Part shown: positions 14,315 through 27,014 of the stretch, piece after piece
How positions within the stretch are numbered: the stretch's first letter is position 1
Layout: each line of letters begins with the position of its first letter
From: Dendrobates tinctorius
Lineage: Eukaryota
Direction of reading: 5' to 3'
DNA: 64,000 bases
Assembly: GCF_039654945.1 (NCBI RefSeq)
Contig: NW_027361688.1
Span: forward strand, 1,426,001-1,490,000
Program-made: the position numbers and the translations under genes
Notes under the pieces: generated by a model
Databases searched by the model: none
What the model was told of the DNA's origin: nothing
The model's input: the letters and a program-made list of their open reading frames with translations, nothing else

Positions 14315-15925
14315 TCCATATGCTGCTGTATACCCCCATATAGTGCTATATACCCTCCATATCCAGCTATATACCCCCATATAGTGCTATATACCCTCCA
14401 TATGCTGCTGTATACCCCCATATAGTGCTATATACCCTCCATATCCTGCTGTATACCCCCATATAGTGCTATATACCCTCCATATGCTGCTGTATACCCC
14501 CATATAGTGCTATATACCCTCCATAACCTGCTGCATACCCCCATATAGTGCTATATACCCTCCATAACCTGTTGCATACCCCCATATAGTGCTATATACC
14601 CTCCATATCCTGCTGTATACCCCCATATAGCGCTATATACCCTCCATATGCTGCTGTATACCCCCATATAGTGCTATATACCCTCCATAACCTGTTGCAT
14701 ACCCCCATATAGTGCTATATACCCTCCATATCCTGCTGTATACCCCCATATAGTGCTATATACCCTCCATATGCTGCTGTATACCCCCATATAGTGCTAT
14801 ATACCCTCCATAACCTGCTGCATACCCCCATATAGTGCTATATACCCTCCATAACCTGTTGCATACCCCCATATAGTGCTATATACCCTCCATATCCTGC
14901 TGTATACCCCCATATAGCGCTATATACCTCCATATCCTTCTGTATACCCCCATATAGCGCTATATACCACCATATCCTGCTGTATACCCCCATATAGCGC
15001 TATATACCCTCCATATCCTGCTGTATACCCCCATATAGTGCTATATACCCTCCATATCCTGCTGTATACCCCCATATAGTGCTATATACTCTCCATATCC
15101 TGCTGTATACCCCTATATAGTGCTATATATATCTGTACTGTCACACACTTAACATTATGGCTGGTCCATACAATCAGGGCAACTGTTACCACCCACCTTT
15201 CGTATCTCCCTCTTTCCTCATAGACTGTAAGCTTGCGAGCAGGGCCCTCACTCCTCTTGGTATCTGTTATGATCTATGTGATTATTGTTATGCTGTAATG
15301 TCTATTGTCTGTACAAATCCCCTCCGAAATGTAAAGTGCTGCGGAATATGTCGGCGCTATAAAAATAAAATTTATTATTATTATATACCCTCCATATCCT
15401 GCTGTATACCCCCATATAGTGCTACCTACCCTCTGTATCCTGCTGTATACCCCCATATAGTGCTGTATACCCCCATATAGTGCTACATACCCTCCGTATC
15501 CTGCTGTATACCCCATATAGTGCTACATACCCTCCGTATCCTGCTGTATACCCCCATATAGTGCTACATACCCTCCGTATCCTGCTGTATACTCCCATAT
15601 AGTGCTATATACCCTCCATATCCTGCTGTATACCCCCATATAGTGCTACCTACCCTCTGTATCCTGCTGTATACCCCCATATAGTGCTGTATACCCCCAT
15701 ATAGTGCTACATACCCTCCGTATCCTGCTGTATACCCCATATAGTGCTACATACCCTCCGTATCCTGCTGTATACCCCCATATAGTGCTACATACCCTCC
15801 GTATCCTGCTGTATACCCCCATATAGTGCTACATACCCTCCGTATCCTGCTGTATACTCCCATATAGTGCTATATACCCTCCATATCCTGCTGCATACCC
15901 CCATATAGTGCAACATACCCTCCAT
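14315..15925. repeat. 41-bp minisatellite (a dimer of about 20-bp subunits)
   Basis: Unit ATATAGTGCTATATACCCTCCATATCCTGCTGTATACCCCC. Confidence 0.97.
15138..15384 (+). mobile_element. 5'-truncated L2 3' tail inserted in the minisatellite (unit A only)
   Basis: Nearly identical to the L2 tail at 60991-61157 (reverse strand). Ends GGCGCTATAAAAATAAAATT(TAT)n. Confidence 0.8.
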
Positions 15926-16222
15926 AGAGTTTAGGGTTAAATTTGTGGCTGAGGGAAGTCCTCCGGGCATGCGCAATGTAAAATGCGGATCTGGCCGCCC
16001 GAAAAATCATTGCATTGTCCGTCCAGTCATGTCGGCGGAGGACAACATTTTGGTGGATCCGCAAAAAAACGGTTCCATCGGCTAGCCATCCGTCAAGATC
16101 CGCCGGTAATGCAACTCGATGGGAAAAAAAACTGATCCGCCAAGCAAAATGGCGGATCCGGGTTTTTCTTGCAAAACGGCGGATTTTGACTGATGGTAAC
16201 ATACGGATGTGTGAAACAGGCC
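15926..16222. mobile_element. Half of a Harbinger-type MITE (second copy at about 34950-35270)
   Basis: Ends GTGTGAAACAGGCC-TAA. Homologous to the complete MITE at 53714-54280. Confidence 0.7.
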
Positions 16223-18818
16223 TAACCAGCAGATCACGGAAGGCAGAGGGCACTAGGACCCAGCGCCCCCATCTGGATTCCATATTCTGGATGTTACCCT
16301 ATAAGTTGTGAGGCCAGAATATATTGGAATACGGATGTTATCTCTTTATACAGCAAGCCAATGGGAAAAAAACAGGTCCAGCGGTATCAGTCGCTGGATC
16401 CTTTTTTTTTCCAAAATTCGACGGATTGCGACTAATGGCAAAAAACGGATCTGTGAAAGGGGCCTGAGTCTGAAGCAATGGTTATCTTATATGATCCACA
16501 AAGACCAAGTGGGATTTGTCCCTTGAAGACAAGGTGGCGACAGCACCAGAAGGACAGTCAATCTCCTAGAAATAGTAAAAAAAATATCTGGAAAATCTAC
16601 TGTCTTCCTGAGTTTGGACGCATTCTTCGGATCGGTGCGATTTCCAATGGTCGGATTCCATAGATCGACAAGTTATCACCTCCTTAACCCCTTAGCGACA
16701 GAGCCAGTTTGCAGCTTAATGACCGGGCCAATTTTTACAATTCTGACCACTGTCCCTTTATGAGGTTATAACTCTGGAACGCTTTAATGGATCCCGCTGA
16801 TTCTGAGACTGTTTTTTCGTGACATATTGTACTTCATGTTAGTGGTAAAATTTCTTCGATAAGTCTTGTGTTTATAAAAAAAACAGAAATATGATGAAAA
16901 TTTTGCAATTTTAAAACTTTAAATTTTTATGCCCTTAAATCAGAGAGAGGTGTCACAAAAATTTCTTAATAAGTAACATTTCCCACATGTCTACTTTACA
17001 TCACCACAATTTTGGAAGCAACATTTTTTTTTTGTTATGAATTTATAAGGGTTAAAAGTTGACCAGCGATTTCTCATTTTTACAACAAAATTTACAAAAC
17101 CATTTTTTTTAGGGACCACATCATATTTAAAGTCATTTTGAGGGGTGTACATGACAGAAAATACCCAAAAGTGGCACCATTCTAAAAACTAGACCCCTCA
17201 AGGTGCTCAAAACCACATTCAAGAAGTTAAGTAACCCTTTAAGTGCTTCACAGGAACTAAAGCAATGTGGAAGGAAAAAATTAACATTTAACGTTTTTTT
17301 TCAAAAAATTTACTTCAGAACCAATTTTTTTTATTTTCACAAATGTTAAAAGAGAAAATCAACCACAAAATTTGTTGTACAATTTCTCCTGAATACGCCG
17401 ATACCCCATATGTGGGGGTAAACCACTTTTTGAGCACACGGCAGAGCTCGCAAGGGATGGAGCGCCGTTTGACTTTTTCAGTGCAGAATTGGCTGGAATT
17501 GAGATCGGATGCCAAGTTGCATTCGGAGAGCCCTTAATGTGCCTATACAGTGGAAACCTCCAACAAGTGACCCCATTTTGGAAACTAGACCCATTAAGGA
17601 ACTTATCTAGATGTGTGGTGAGCACTTTGAACATTCAAGTGCTTCACAGAAGTTTATAACGTAGAGCCGTGAAAATAAGAAATCCATTTTTTTCCACAAA
17701 AATGATCTTTTCGCCTCCAAATTTTTATTTTTATAAGGGTAACAGGAGAAATCATACCCCACAGTTATTGTGCGATTTGTCCTGAGTACGCTGATACCCC
17801 TTATGTGGGGGGGGAACCACTGTTTGGGTGCAAGGGAGAGCTTGGAAGGGAAGGAGTGCCATTTTGGAATGCAGACTTTGATGGAATGGTCTGCGGGCAT
17901 CATGTTGCTTTTGCAGAGCTCCCGATGGGCCTAAACAGTGGTAACCTCTAACAAGTGATCCCATTTTGGAAACTAGACCCATTAAGGGACTTATCTAGAT
18001 GTGTTGTGAGCACTTTGAACCTTCAAGTGCTTCACAGAAGTTTATAACATAGAGCCGTGAAAATAAAAAATCCATTTTCTCTAGTCACCTTCCACGACAG
18101 CCACCTTGGAGGTTGTCTAATAGGGGACAGGAACACAAAGAGGTTAAATAACCCTCCCCTTCCTGTTACCTCAGTGTTTTTCCTGTCCCCTGTCGAGGCA
18201 TGAAGAGGTCACAAGGGGCTGCCGTGGCCAGCGAGCGGAGCCCCTATGTACTCACCGAGCTGGGCAGCCGAGGTCGGGGGGTTTGCCTCTCCTCCATGGG
18301 CTGCTCCCGTCTCTACCGCGGTGTGACTCGGGACTTCTGCCGCCCCTCCCGCGCCCTCCGGGGTAAAGCGGGGCGGTATGGTGCCTGCCGGGGTCCTGCA
18401 TAGCTCCCCGGCTTCCTCCTTCCTCCCAGCGCTGCATTGGAGCTGCGCGCGTCAGAGGGGGCGGGCAATCGACCGGAGGTAGCGGTGACGCACACTTCCG
18501 GTTCGCAACCTCCGGCGTCCTGTGAGGGGGAAACGCGCGCCGGCACCCAGGGGACCCGGGAAATGATTCCAATGGCGGCGGGGGTCGAGCGGTATCCTTC
18601 CCAGGGAAGGAGGAAGGAGCACCTAGCAAACGAACGCAGCAGCTCCAGGAAAGCGCAGTGTGTCTGTGGTGTGTGCAGACAAGGATGGTGAGAAACCCTC
18701 AACTGCAGCATCTGCGGAGCCCAGCGTTCCCCCTCCTACAGTGAGTAGCAGGGCCGGTCCCTTGCCTGTCAAATAGTTGGTGGCACAGGTCTGAGTAAGC
18801 CTTTTCTTCTTCTTGCAG

Positions 18819-20079
18819 GAAGACAAGGCCTCTGTCCCTAAACACCCCCGCAAGTATGGTATATGTGGTGCCAGGTTTCCTTCTGACTACAAAAAGAAGT
18901 TATGCCAACCTTGTACGCAAAATATCCTGCGTACCGAGCAACCCTCCCTGTTTGACAGCATAAAAACTCTCATTAGGCAGGAGGTTCAAACCTCCATAGC
19001 AGCCTAAACCCCGGTGTCCCAGGGCCCTGCCCCAAAAAAAGAGGAAAAGGACTCCTATAGAAGCCGACTCACACTCGGGAGAAGTCCGTTCCTCAGGATC
19101 GGAGGATATTTGGGAAAATGAGGGCTCCACGTCCGCCTCCAGTCATGATGCAAAAAAATACTATTTCTCCTCGGCGGATATGGAGGAGTCTCCAGGGTAA
19201 GAAATACCATGGGGTTGGAGGAGGAGGAGGTCAGGCTCTCAGTCCAGGATGAGATGCTTGGAGGGTTGAAACCCAGAGGTAGAAAGGGTTTCCCGGTTCA
19301 TGAGGTTATACAGGACCTAATAGCTCAGGAGTGGTCCTCCCCCGAGATGGCACTTACGGTGCCTTCTGAGCTAAAAAAAAAATCGGTTTCCCCTAGAAGG
19401 TGATAGTTCTATTTGGGAGGTCCCTAAGATAGACGTCCAAGTGTCTGAGGTCACTAAGAAAACGTCCTTGCCCTTTGAGGATGCTTCCCAATTGAAAGAT
19501 CCGATGGATCGCAAAATAGAAAGCCACCTTAAAAAGTCCTGGGAAGCTTCTACGAACCTGCTCAAGGCAAACATTGCTTCCACCTGCATAGCCAGATCTT
19601 TGTTTTTCTGGCTACGTACGTTGGAAGACCACCTATCGGGGGGTACCCCAAGAGAGGAAATCTTAGACTCCCTGTCAATCCTCCAGAACACAACAGGTTA
19701 TTTAGCTTATGCTTCAGGAGAACCGGTACGGGTGGCAGCAAGGTCCCTAGTCCTTTCAAACTTGGCCTGGAGAGCCTTGTGGCTGAAGTCGTGGAGGGGC
19801 GACATCACCTCCAAGACGAAACTCTGCGCCATCCCCTTCCAGGGGCACCACGTGTTCGGGCCTGTCCTGGATGATATCCTTGAGAAGACTTCTGACAAGA
19901 ATAAGTCACTGCCAGAACAGAAATCCACCAAAAGGTGTTTTTTTCGTCCCTCAACGGAACAGACCTCTCAGAAGGCATTCAGAGGGAAGGGCAAGACGGG
20001 TCGTTGGAGCTACCCGAAAGGGGGTAAAGGAAGAAACATCCTTGTGCCCCAACAGCAGCAGCCCCCGGAGAAGCAGTGA
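18819..20079 (+). pseudogene. DIRS ORF1 (gag-like), copy 1
   Basis: Zn-finger-like N-terminus and the LPFEDASQLKDPMDRKIE motif. Disrupted by a stop and frameshifts. Confidence 0.85.
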
Positions 20080-20252
20080 CTCCTGGGTCGGGGGTCGACT
20101 CACACAGTTTCTTGCCCAATGGCAGGCCACGACTTCGAACCGGTGGGTTCTGCACACTACTCAATTTGGGCTGAAACTGGAGTTCGAGGACCCCCCCCCC
20201 GCATGCCCTAAGAATTACACCGGCACTGTCCCCAAGCCTGCAAAAAGTCCTG

Positions 20253-21973
20253 TTGCTTCAGATAGAACTTCTACGGGAAGGAGTGGTCTCGTATGTACCT
20301 CCACAAGAGGCAGGCAGAGGACATTACTCTCGCCTGTTCCTGATAAAGAAACCCTCAGGAAAGCACAGGCTCATAATAAACCTAAAGCCCCTGAACCACT
20401 TCATCAAGTACCGAAGGTTCAAGATGGAGTCAGTGAAATCAGCGATCCCTCTTATTGGACGAGGCTGGCAGATGGCTACAATACATCTAAGGGACGCGTA
20501 TTACCACGTTCCCATTCATCCAGACCACCGGAAGTTCCTGAGGTTCGCGATCTCCCACGACCAAGGAATCAGCCACCTCCAATTCAATGCCCTGCCGTTT
20601 GGGGTATCCCCAGCACCAAGGGTGTTCACGAAGATCATGAAGGAAGCAGTCATCTCCATTTGGCTTCAGGGGATATGCATTGTGCCGTATCTAGACGATC
20701 TGCTGATCGTCGCCCCATCGGTAACCCGGCTGAACCAGGACTTATCAAGAACCCTACAGATACTCGAAACCCTAGGGTGGATACCGAATCTCCAGAAGTC
20801 GGCCCTCTATCCTTCCCTGAGGAAAAAATTCCTGGGGATCCTCTTGGATTAAGAAAAGAGGACGTCCTTTAATAGACCTTCGGCAGAGAATAATCCGGTT
20901 CAGAGACAAAAGGGCACCTACGCTGAGGGATGCCATGTCCATCCTGGGTTCCCTGACCGTGCATTCAGGCGGTATCCTGGGCACAAGCTCACACGCGAGT
21001 CCTCCAGTCATACGTCCTGATAAACACGAGGAAGCACCCAAACAACCTATCAAAGAGGGTTCCACTTCCAGGACATGTAAAATGGACCCTCTGGTGGTGG
21101 CTGAGCTACCGAAACCTGAGACGAAGAGTAAGCTGGGATCAGCTTCCTCAAAGAATATTATGTACCGATGCCAGTCTGAGAGGCTGGGGAGCCATGGTCG
21201 AGGATTCATACTTCCAGGGGCAGTGGCCCCAGAACATAAGATCCGGATCTTCAAACCTAAGGGAGTTGACGGCGGTGGAAGAGTCACTGAAGGCCGCATC
21301 AACCCTTGTCAAGAACCATCATGTTCGAATATACTCCGACAACGTGACCACGGTGGCATATCTCAGACACCAAGGGGGCACAAGGTACGCCAGTCTAAAG
21401 AAGGTAGCAGCAAGGATCTTCCTCTGGGCAGAGAAGCACCTGTTATCCATTTCTGCGGTACACTTGAAGGGGTTGGAAAGCATCCAGGCAGACTTCCTGA
21501 GCAGGAAGGACGTCCATCCAGGAGAATGGTGTCTAAACCAAGAGGTCTTCCAGGCTCTAGCCTCGAGATGGGGAGACCCAGAGGTCGACCTGTTTGCGAA
21601 TATGCAAAATACAAAAGCAGCGACCTATTTCTCCCTCAGTCCCACGTACGGAGTCCAGGGGACGGATGCATTTGCCCATCCATGGGTCTTCAGACTGGCC
21701 TATGCCTTTCCACCAATCCCGATGCTGGCAAAAAAGTTACAAAAGATCAGAGCAGACGGAGTCAAGACAATCCGGGTGGCTCCCGTGTGGCCAGGACGAA
21801 GCTGGTACAGCGCTCTGTTGGACATGGCCCAGGAAGGTCCCTTGCTTCTACCCCAGAAGACCGACCTCCTTTTCCAGGGTCCATTACTACACCCGAACCC
21901 AACCAAGTTATATCTAGCAGCTTGGTTATTGAGGCCAACATTCCGAGGGCCAAAGGGTTGTCGAATTAGGTAA
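20253..21973 (+). pseudogene. DIRS ORF2: reverse transcriptase, RNase H and methyltransferase-like domain, copy 1
   Basis: LPFG, YLDD, SSNLREL, SDNVTTVAYL, DLFA and YAFPP motifs. Broken at about 20850. Confidence 0.92.
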
Positions 21974-22009
21974 TCCGGACCCTTCAAAAAAGTAGAAAGC
22001 CGGTAACAA

Positions 22010-22909
22010 ATGCAATTTACGGCAAGTATGGAAAAAATTTTCCTCCTGGTGCCTTCCATCCTGCAGAAAGGGTTAGATCTAGGGCTTATTCCAAGTACAT
22101 TGAAAGTACAGGTATCTGCCCTTAGTTCTTTTTTTGACCAAGACCTAGCCAAACACCGCTGGGTCAAGCGGTTCATGACAGCGGCAGGCAGAATTTGCCC
22201 TTTGCTCCCTAATTGGGTTCCTCCCTGGGATCTTAATTTAGGGCTCAATAGCCTAACACAGGCCCCGTTTGAGCCCCTGTCAGAAATCCCATTAAAAATT
22301 CTCACACTTAAAACGGTGTTTCTGGCGGCAATCACATCGGCTAGACGGGTGGGGGAACTGCAGGCCCTTTCAGTACAGGAACCTTACCTCCTACTCAATT
22401 CAGACAGTATAGTACTGCCTCTAGACCCCTCCTTTATGCCCAAAGTGGTGTCAGACTTTCATAGAAGTCAAGATATCGTGTTGCCCTCATTTTGCCCAAA
22501 TCCTTCTAATCCGAAGGAAGGAAAATTTCATACCTTGGATGTCCGCAGGGTAGTTCTCCGCTACCTCGAGGCAACCAAGGATTGGAGAATCGATCAGAAC
22601 CTGTTCCTTCAGTATTCGGGAAGAAATAAGGGGAAGAAAGTGGCAAAGAACACGATAGCGGGTTGGATCAAGCAGTCCATCTCCCTGGCATATTCTTCAA
22701 GACATCTCTCTCCTCCCGGATTGTTAAAAGCCCACTCCACTCGATCAGTCGCTACTTCCTGGGCAGCAAGAGGAAATACGTCTTCAGAGCAGATATGCAG
22801 AGCGGCTACCTGGTCCTCTGTGCACACCTTTACCAGACACTATAGACTGGATTTCAATAGGGATCTCACGTTCGGCAGACGCGTCTTGCAAGCCGTAGTC
22901 CCTCCCTAA
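22010..22909 (+). pseudogene. DIRS ORF3 tyrosine recombinase domain, copy 1
   Basis: TSARRVGELQAL, AHSTRS and FTRHY give the R-H-R-Y tetrad. The upstream part overlaps ORF2 and is disrupted. Confidence 0.92.
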
Positions 22910-23642
22910 AAAATTAACGTAGGCATGACTCCAAGGTGGCTGTCGTGGAAGGTGACTAGAGAAAATAGAATTAGACTTACCGGTAATTCGGTTTCTAGGA
23001 ACCTTCCACGACGGCATTATTTTCCCTCCCTATATAATATGTTTACCTGATGATTCCTGCTCTACTGGTGGTAACTATTCATGCTAGTACGTTCAGAATA
23101 GTGATGTGTCGTTCATGAATGATCCGATTCAAAGAGCCGGCTCCCCGCTGGGAAAATGAGCCGACTCTGCACTGTGAACGAGCCAGTTTTTTTTTTTTTT
23201 CTGCCCCAGGCAGTGGCAGTGACTCATCTCGGAGGAGGCGAAGCTGTCAGGAGACAGAGAGGGAAATGTGTGCTGTCTGTGCTGGAGTGAGTGGAAATAT
23301 TTAAAGTGATATACTCCTCCTAGCTTCAGACATGCATGCATGGCATACAGTATATGGCATGTGACTGTAGAGGGGTTAAACTCAAGTGACTCAGCAAATT
23401 GGTCTCATGTAGACTCTCACATATACTATACTATAGTATACTATTAGTCAGCTGACTCAGCTCAGCATCAGCAGCAGCAGTGCAGCACTGAGTGAGTGAG
23501 GAGGATTCAGGACAGTCACACAGGACAGGAACCCTACAGGGAGAAGTGTCAGTTCTTGCTGAGGGTAGGGTAGGGGTAAGCAATATAATGAAGTGATTTC
23601 AGGCAAAACTGTGCAGAGATCTAGGTCCAGCCTCAATAATTA

Positions 23643-23960
23643 GGCCATGTGCACACATAATTTTTGGTGCTGCAGATTTGGAAAAATCCGCAGGTAAAAA
23701 AGACCTGCGGTTTAGCCCTGCGGTTTCACACCTCTACAATGGAGGTTTGAAACCGCAGCGGATTCCGAACAAAGAATTGACATGCTGCGGATATGAACCC
23801 GCAGCAAATCCGCGTGGAAAAATCCGCAGCATGTGCACAGCGTTTTTGAGTTTACCATTGAAAACAATGGTACTGTACAACGCAGCTAAAGCTGCTGCGG
23901 ACCCACAGAGCCTGAAACGCTGCGGTTCCGCAGCAGAATCCGCACCGTGTGCACATGGCC
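23643..23960. mobile_element. Harbinger/Tourist-type MITE
   Basis: 14-bp TIR GGCCATGTGCACAC with TTA TSD. Confidence 0.88.
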
Positions 23961-25659
23961 TTATAGGGTTAAACTGGTTTCACGCATGCATATTTTAGCT
24001 GCACACGGATCCGTTTTCATCTCCATTGACTTTCAGTGGTGACGGATGGGACTTGTATGTGCATCCAGGTGTCACGGTTTTTCCACAGATCCGCATGTCT
24101 GCATATTTTATCAGATGCACAAAAACGCAAGTTGTTGCAGTTTTGTGTCATCTGAAAAACACGAGGCACAGGGAGACGCACGGATCCGCGGCTACACGTC
24201 TGGAAATAACATGGAGCACGGATCCAGGACAACACGGGTCCGTGTGCAGGGATCTGTGTTGCGGCACTGATGCTCGGCAGTGAGGGATGTGCTATGGGAA
24301 AGTGATGAAACTGTATGGGACCAGACTGGAGACATAATATAGACTATGTCCGCATGCTGCTCTGTCATACAGTGATCTGCCTCACTAGAAGGGCTTGTGC
24401 CCTGTGTTACAGTGTGGTAATGATAATAAAATGTATTGGGAGCATGTATATGACATGGGGGCACCTGGTTAGGGGCTGCATGAGTGGGACTGCGTTCACA
24501 CTAGTGCTTTGGTACTGTGCGTTGTGAAGCGTAGCAATCCTGATCCAGATTACATCCCTATACTTACCATAGGGAGGCACGGACCTGCGTTTGCATCAGG
24601 ATTTTCGATGTTCTCCCAAAACGCAGCTTGATGCGAATTTTGAGTGTTAAAAAAAAATCTGCAGACATCCTGATATGTGTCAGCAAAAACATATGATTGT
24701 CAATGTAGACGCACCTGAATCAGGATGCCTGCGTCCAATCTGCATGTGGATTTCCTACTGCGCAGGCTCCTAACCCCATTTTTTTTTTTCCTTTCACCAG
24801 TCTCTCTCTCCTCTCTCCCCCTATCCTCTGCCCCAGAAGTCAGAATTTCACATTTCAAACCAAATCCTCATTAGGGTGCAGTTCCATGCGTTTGCATCCA
24901 TTTGCAGAAAAAACACAGATGCGAATAAATCGCGTCCAAGAGGGAATGACTGCAGCAATGAAGGTGCAGACTACTAGTGTGGGGGGAATAGACGTCCCGC
25001 TGGGCTACTACTGGTTCATTATCAGATCACCAGTGCCGATATGACACTATTTTTACTGCACATGACTTTATTACAATGCAGTAATAGGGGGGTCAGGAGG
25101 AAAGGTGCCACTAGGGGAACATAAAGGATCTTTTCAGTGTAATATGGAAACAAAACTGGCCCTAGTCCAAATCATTTTGCAGGCTTCAAATAAGTACACG
25201 TGCGAGGTTGTCCATGACTTTAATGCTGGCTGACCTTAGAATAGGTCAGCAATGTCTGATCAGTGAGGGTGCGACACCGAGCACCCCTGCCAGTCAACTG
25301 TTCTTAGTGGCTGATTTTACCATTCAGTATGCTTTGCTTACATATTTTGGAGTGTGTGTGTGTTGGCGCAGTGCTTCCAACGTACCTTTTACGGATTATA
25401 CTCTTATACAGCGCCAACACAGATTGCAGCACTTACTAATCCAGACAGGACATCTACAAAAAACGCCACAGATTAGAAAGGAATACATGGTAAGACCGTC
25501 TGCAACCAAGGAGCCGGGGCCTGATCACAAGAGCTGACAATCTGAGGAGACAGCAATGCTGAATAACAGTCTACACTGCGTCACTAGATCCTTATACAGG
25601 TGGAGAATGAGGCCCTCACTGTACAGGCAAAGACCTGGAACGAGGAATGTGGAAAACGG

Positions 25660-27014
25660 ATTCCTCCTGGACCTGTCGGCTGCCTTTGACACAGTGGACC
25701 ATTCCCTATTATTACAGACCCTCTCATCCCTCGGCATCACAGACTTGGCCCTATCCTGGATCTCATCATACCTAACAGACCGGACATTCAGCATCTCCCA
25801 CTCACACACCACCTCCTCACCTCGCCCCCTATCTGTCGGAGTCCCACAAGGTTCAGTCCTTGGGCCCCTGCTGTTCTCTATTTACACCTTTGGCCTGGGA
25901 CAGCTCCTAGAATCTCATGGCTTTCAGTATCATCTCTACGCTGATGACACACAGATCTACATCTCTGGACCAGATATCACCTCCCTACTAACCAGAATCC
26001 CTCAATGTCTGTCCACTATTTCATCCTTCTCCGCTAGATTTCTGAAACTCAACATGGACAAAACAGAATTCATCATCTTTCCCCCATCTCACGTGGCCCC
26101 CCCTACGAACCTATCAATTACAGTAAATGACTGCCCACTCTCTCCAGTCCCACAAGCTCGCTGTCTCGGAGTAATCCTTGACGCTGATCTCTCCTTCAAA
26201 CCACATATCCAAGCCCTTTCCACTTCCTGCCGACTTCAACTCAAAAATATTTCACGAATCCGTTCATTCCTCACCCAAGAATCTGCAAAAACCCTAGTCC
26301 ATGCCCTCATCATCTCTCGCCTTGACTACTGCAACCTCCTGCTCTGTGGCCTCCCCTCTAACACTCTCGCACCCCTCCAATCTATTCTAAACTCTGCTGC
26401 CCGACTAATCCACCTGTCCCCCCGCTATTCCCCAGCTTCTCCCCTCTGTCAATCCCTTCACTGGCTCCCCATTGCCCAGAGACTCCAGTACAAAACCCTA
26501 ACCATGACATACAAATCCATCCACAACCTGTCTCCTCCATACATCTGTGACCTCGTCTCCTGGTACTTTCCCGCACGCAACCTCCGATCCTCACAAGATC
26601 TCCTTCTCTAGTCCCCCTCTTATCTCCTCTTCCCACAATCGCATACAAGATTTCTCTCGCGCATCACCCCTACTCTGGAACTCTCTACCACAACATGTCA
26701 GACTCTCACCTACCATTGAAACCTTCAAAAAGAGCCTGAAGACCCACCTCTTCCGACAAGCCTACAACCTGCAGTAACCACCGATCGACCAAACCGCTGC
26801 ACGACCAGCTCTACCCTCGCCTACTGTATTCTCACCCATCCCTTGTAGATTGTGAGCCCTCGCGGGCAGGGTCCTCTCTCTTCCTGTACCAGTTATGACT
26901 TGTATTGTTTAAGATTATTGTACTTGTTTTTATGTATACCCCTCCTTACATGTAAAGCGCCATGGAATAAATGGCGCTATAACAATAAATAATAATAGTA
27001 ATAATAATAATAAT
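25660..27014 (+). mobile_element. 5'-truncated L2-clade LINE
   Basis: [26 protein letters not shown] and SRLDYCN motifs, one premature stop at 26611, then a 3' UTR and (TAA)n tail. Confidence 0.92.
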
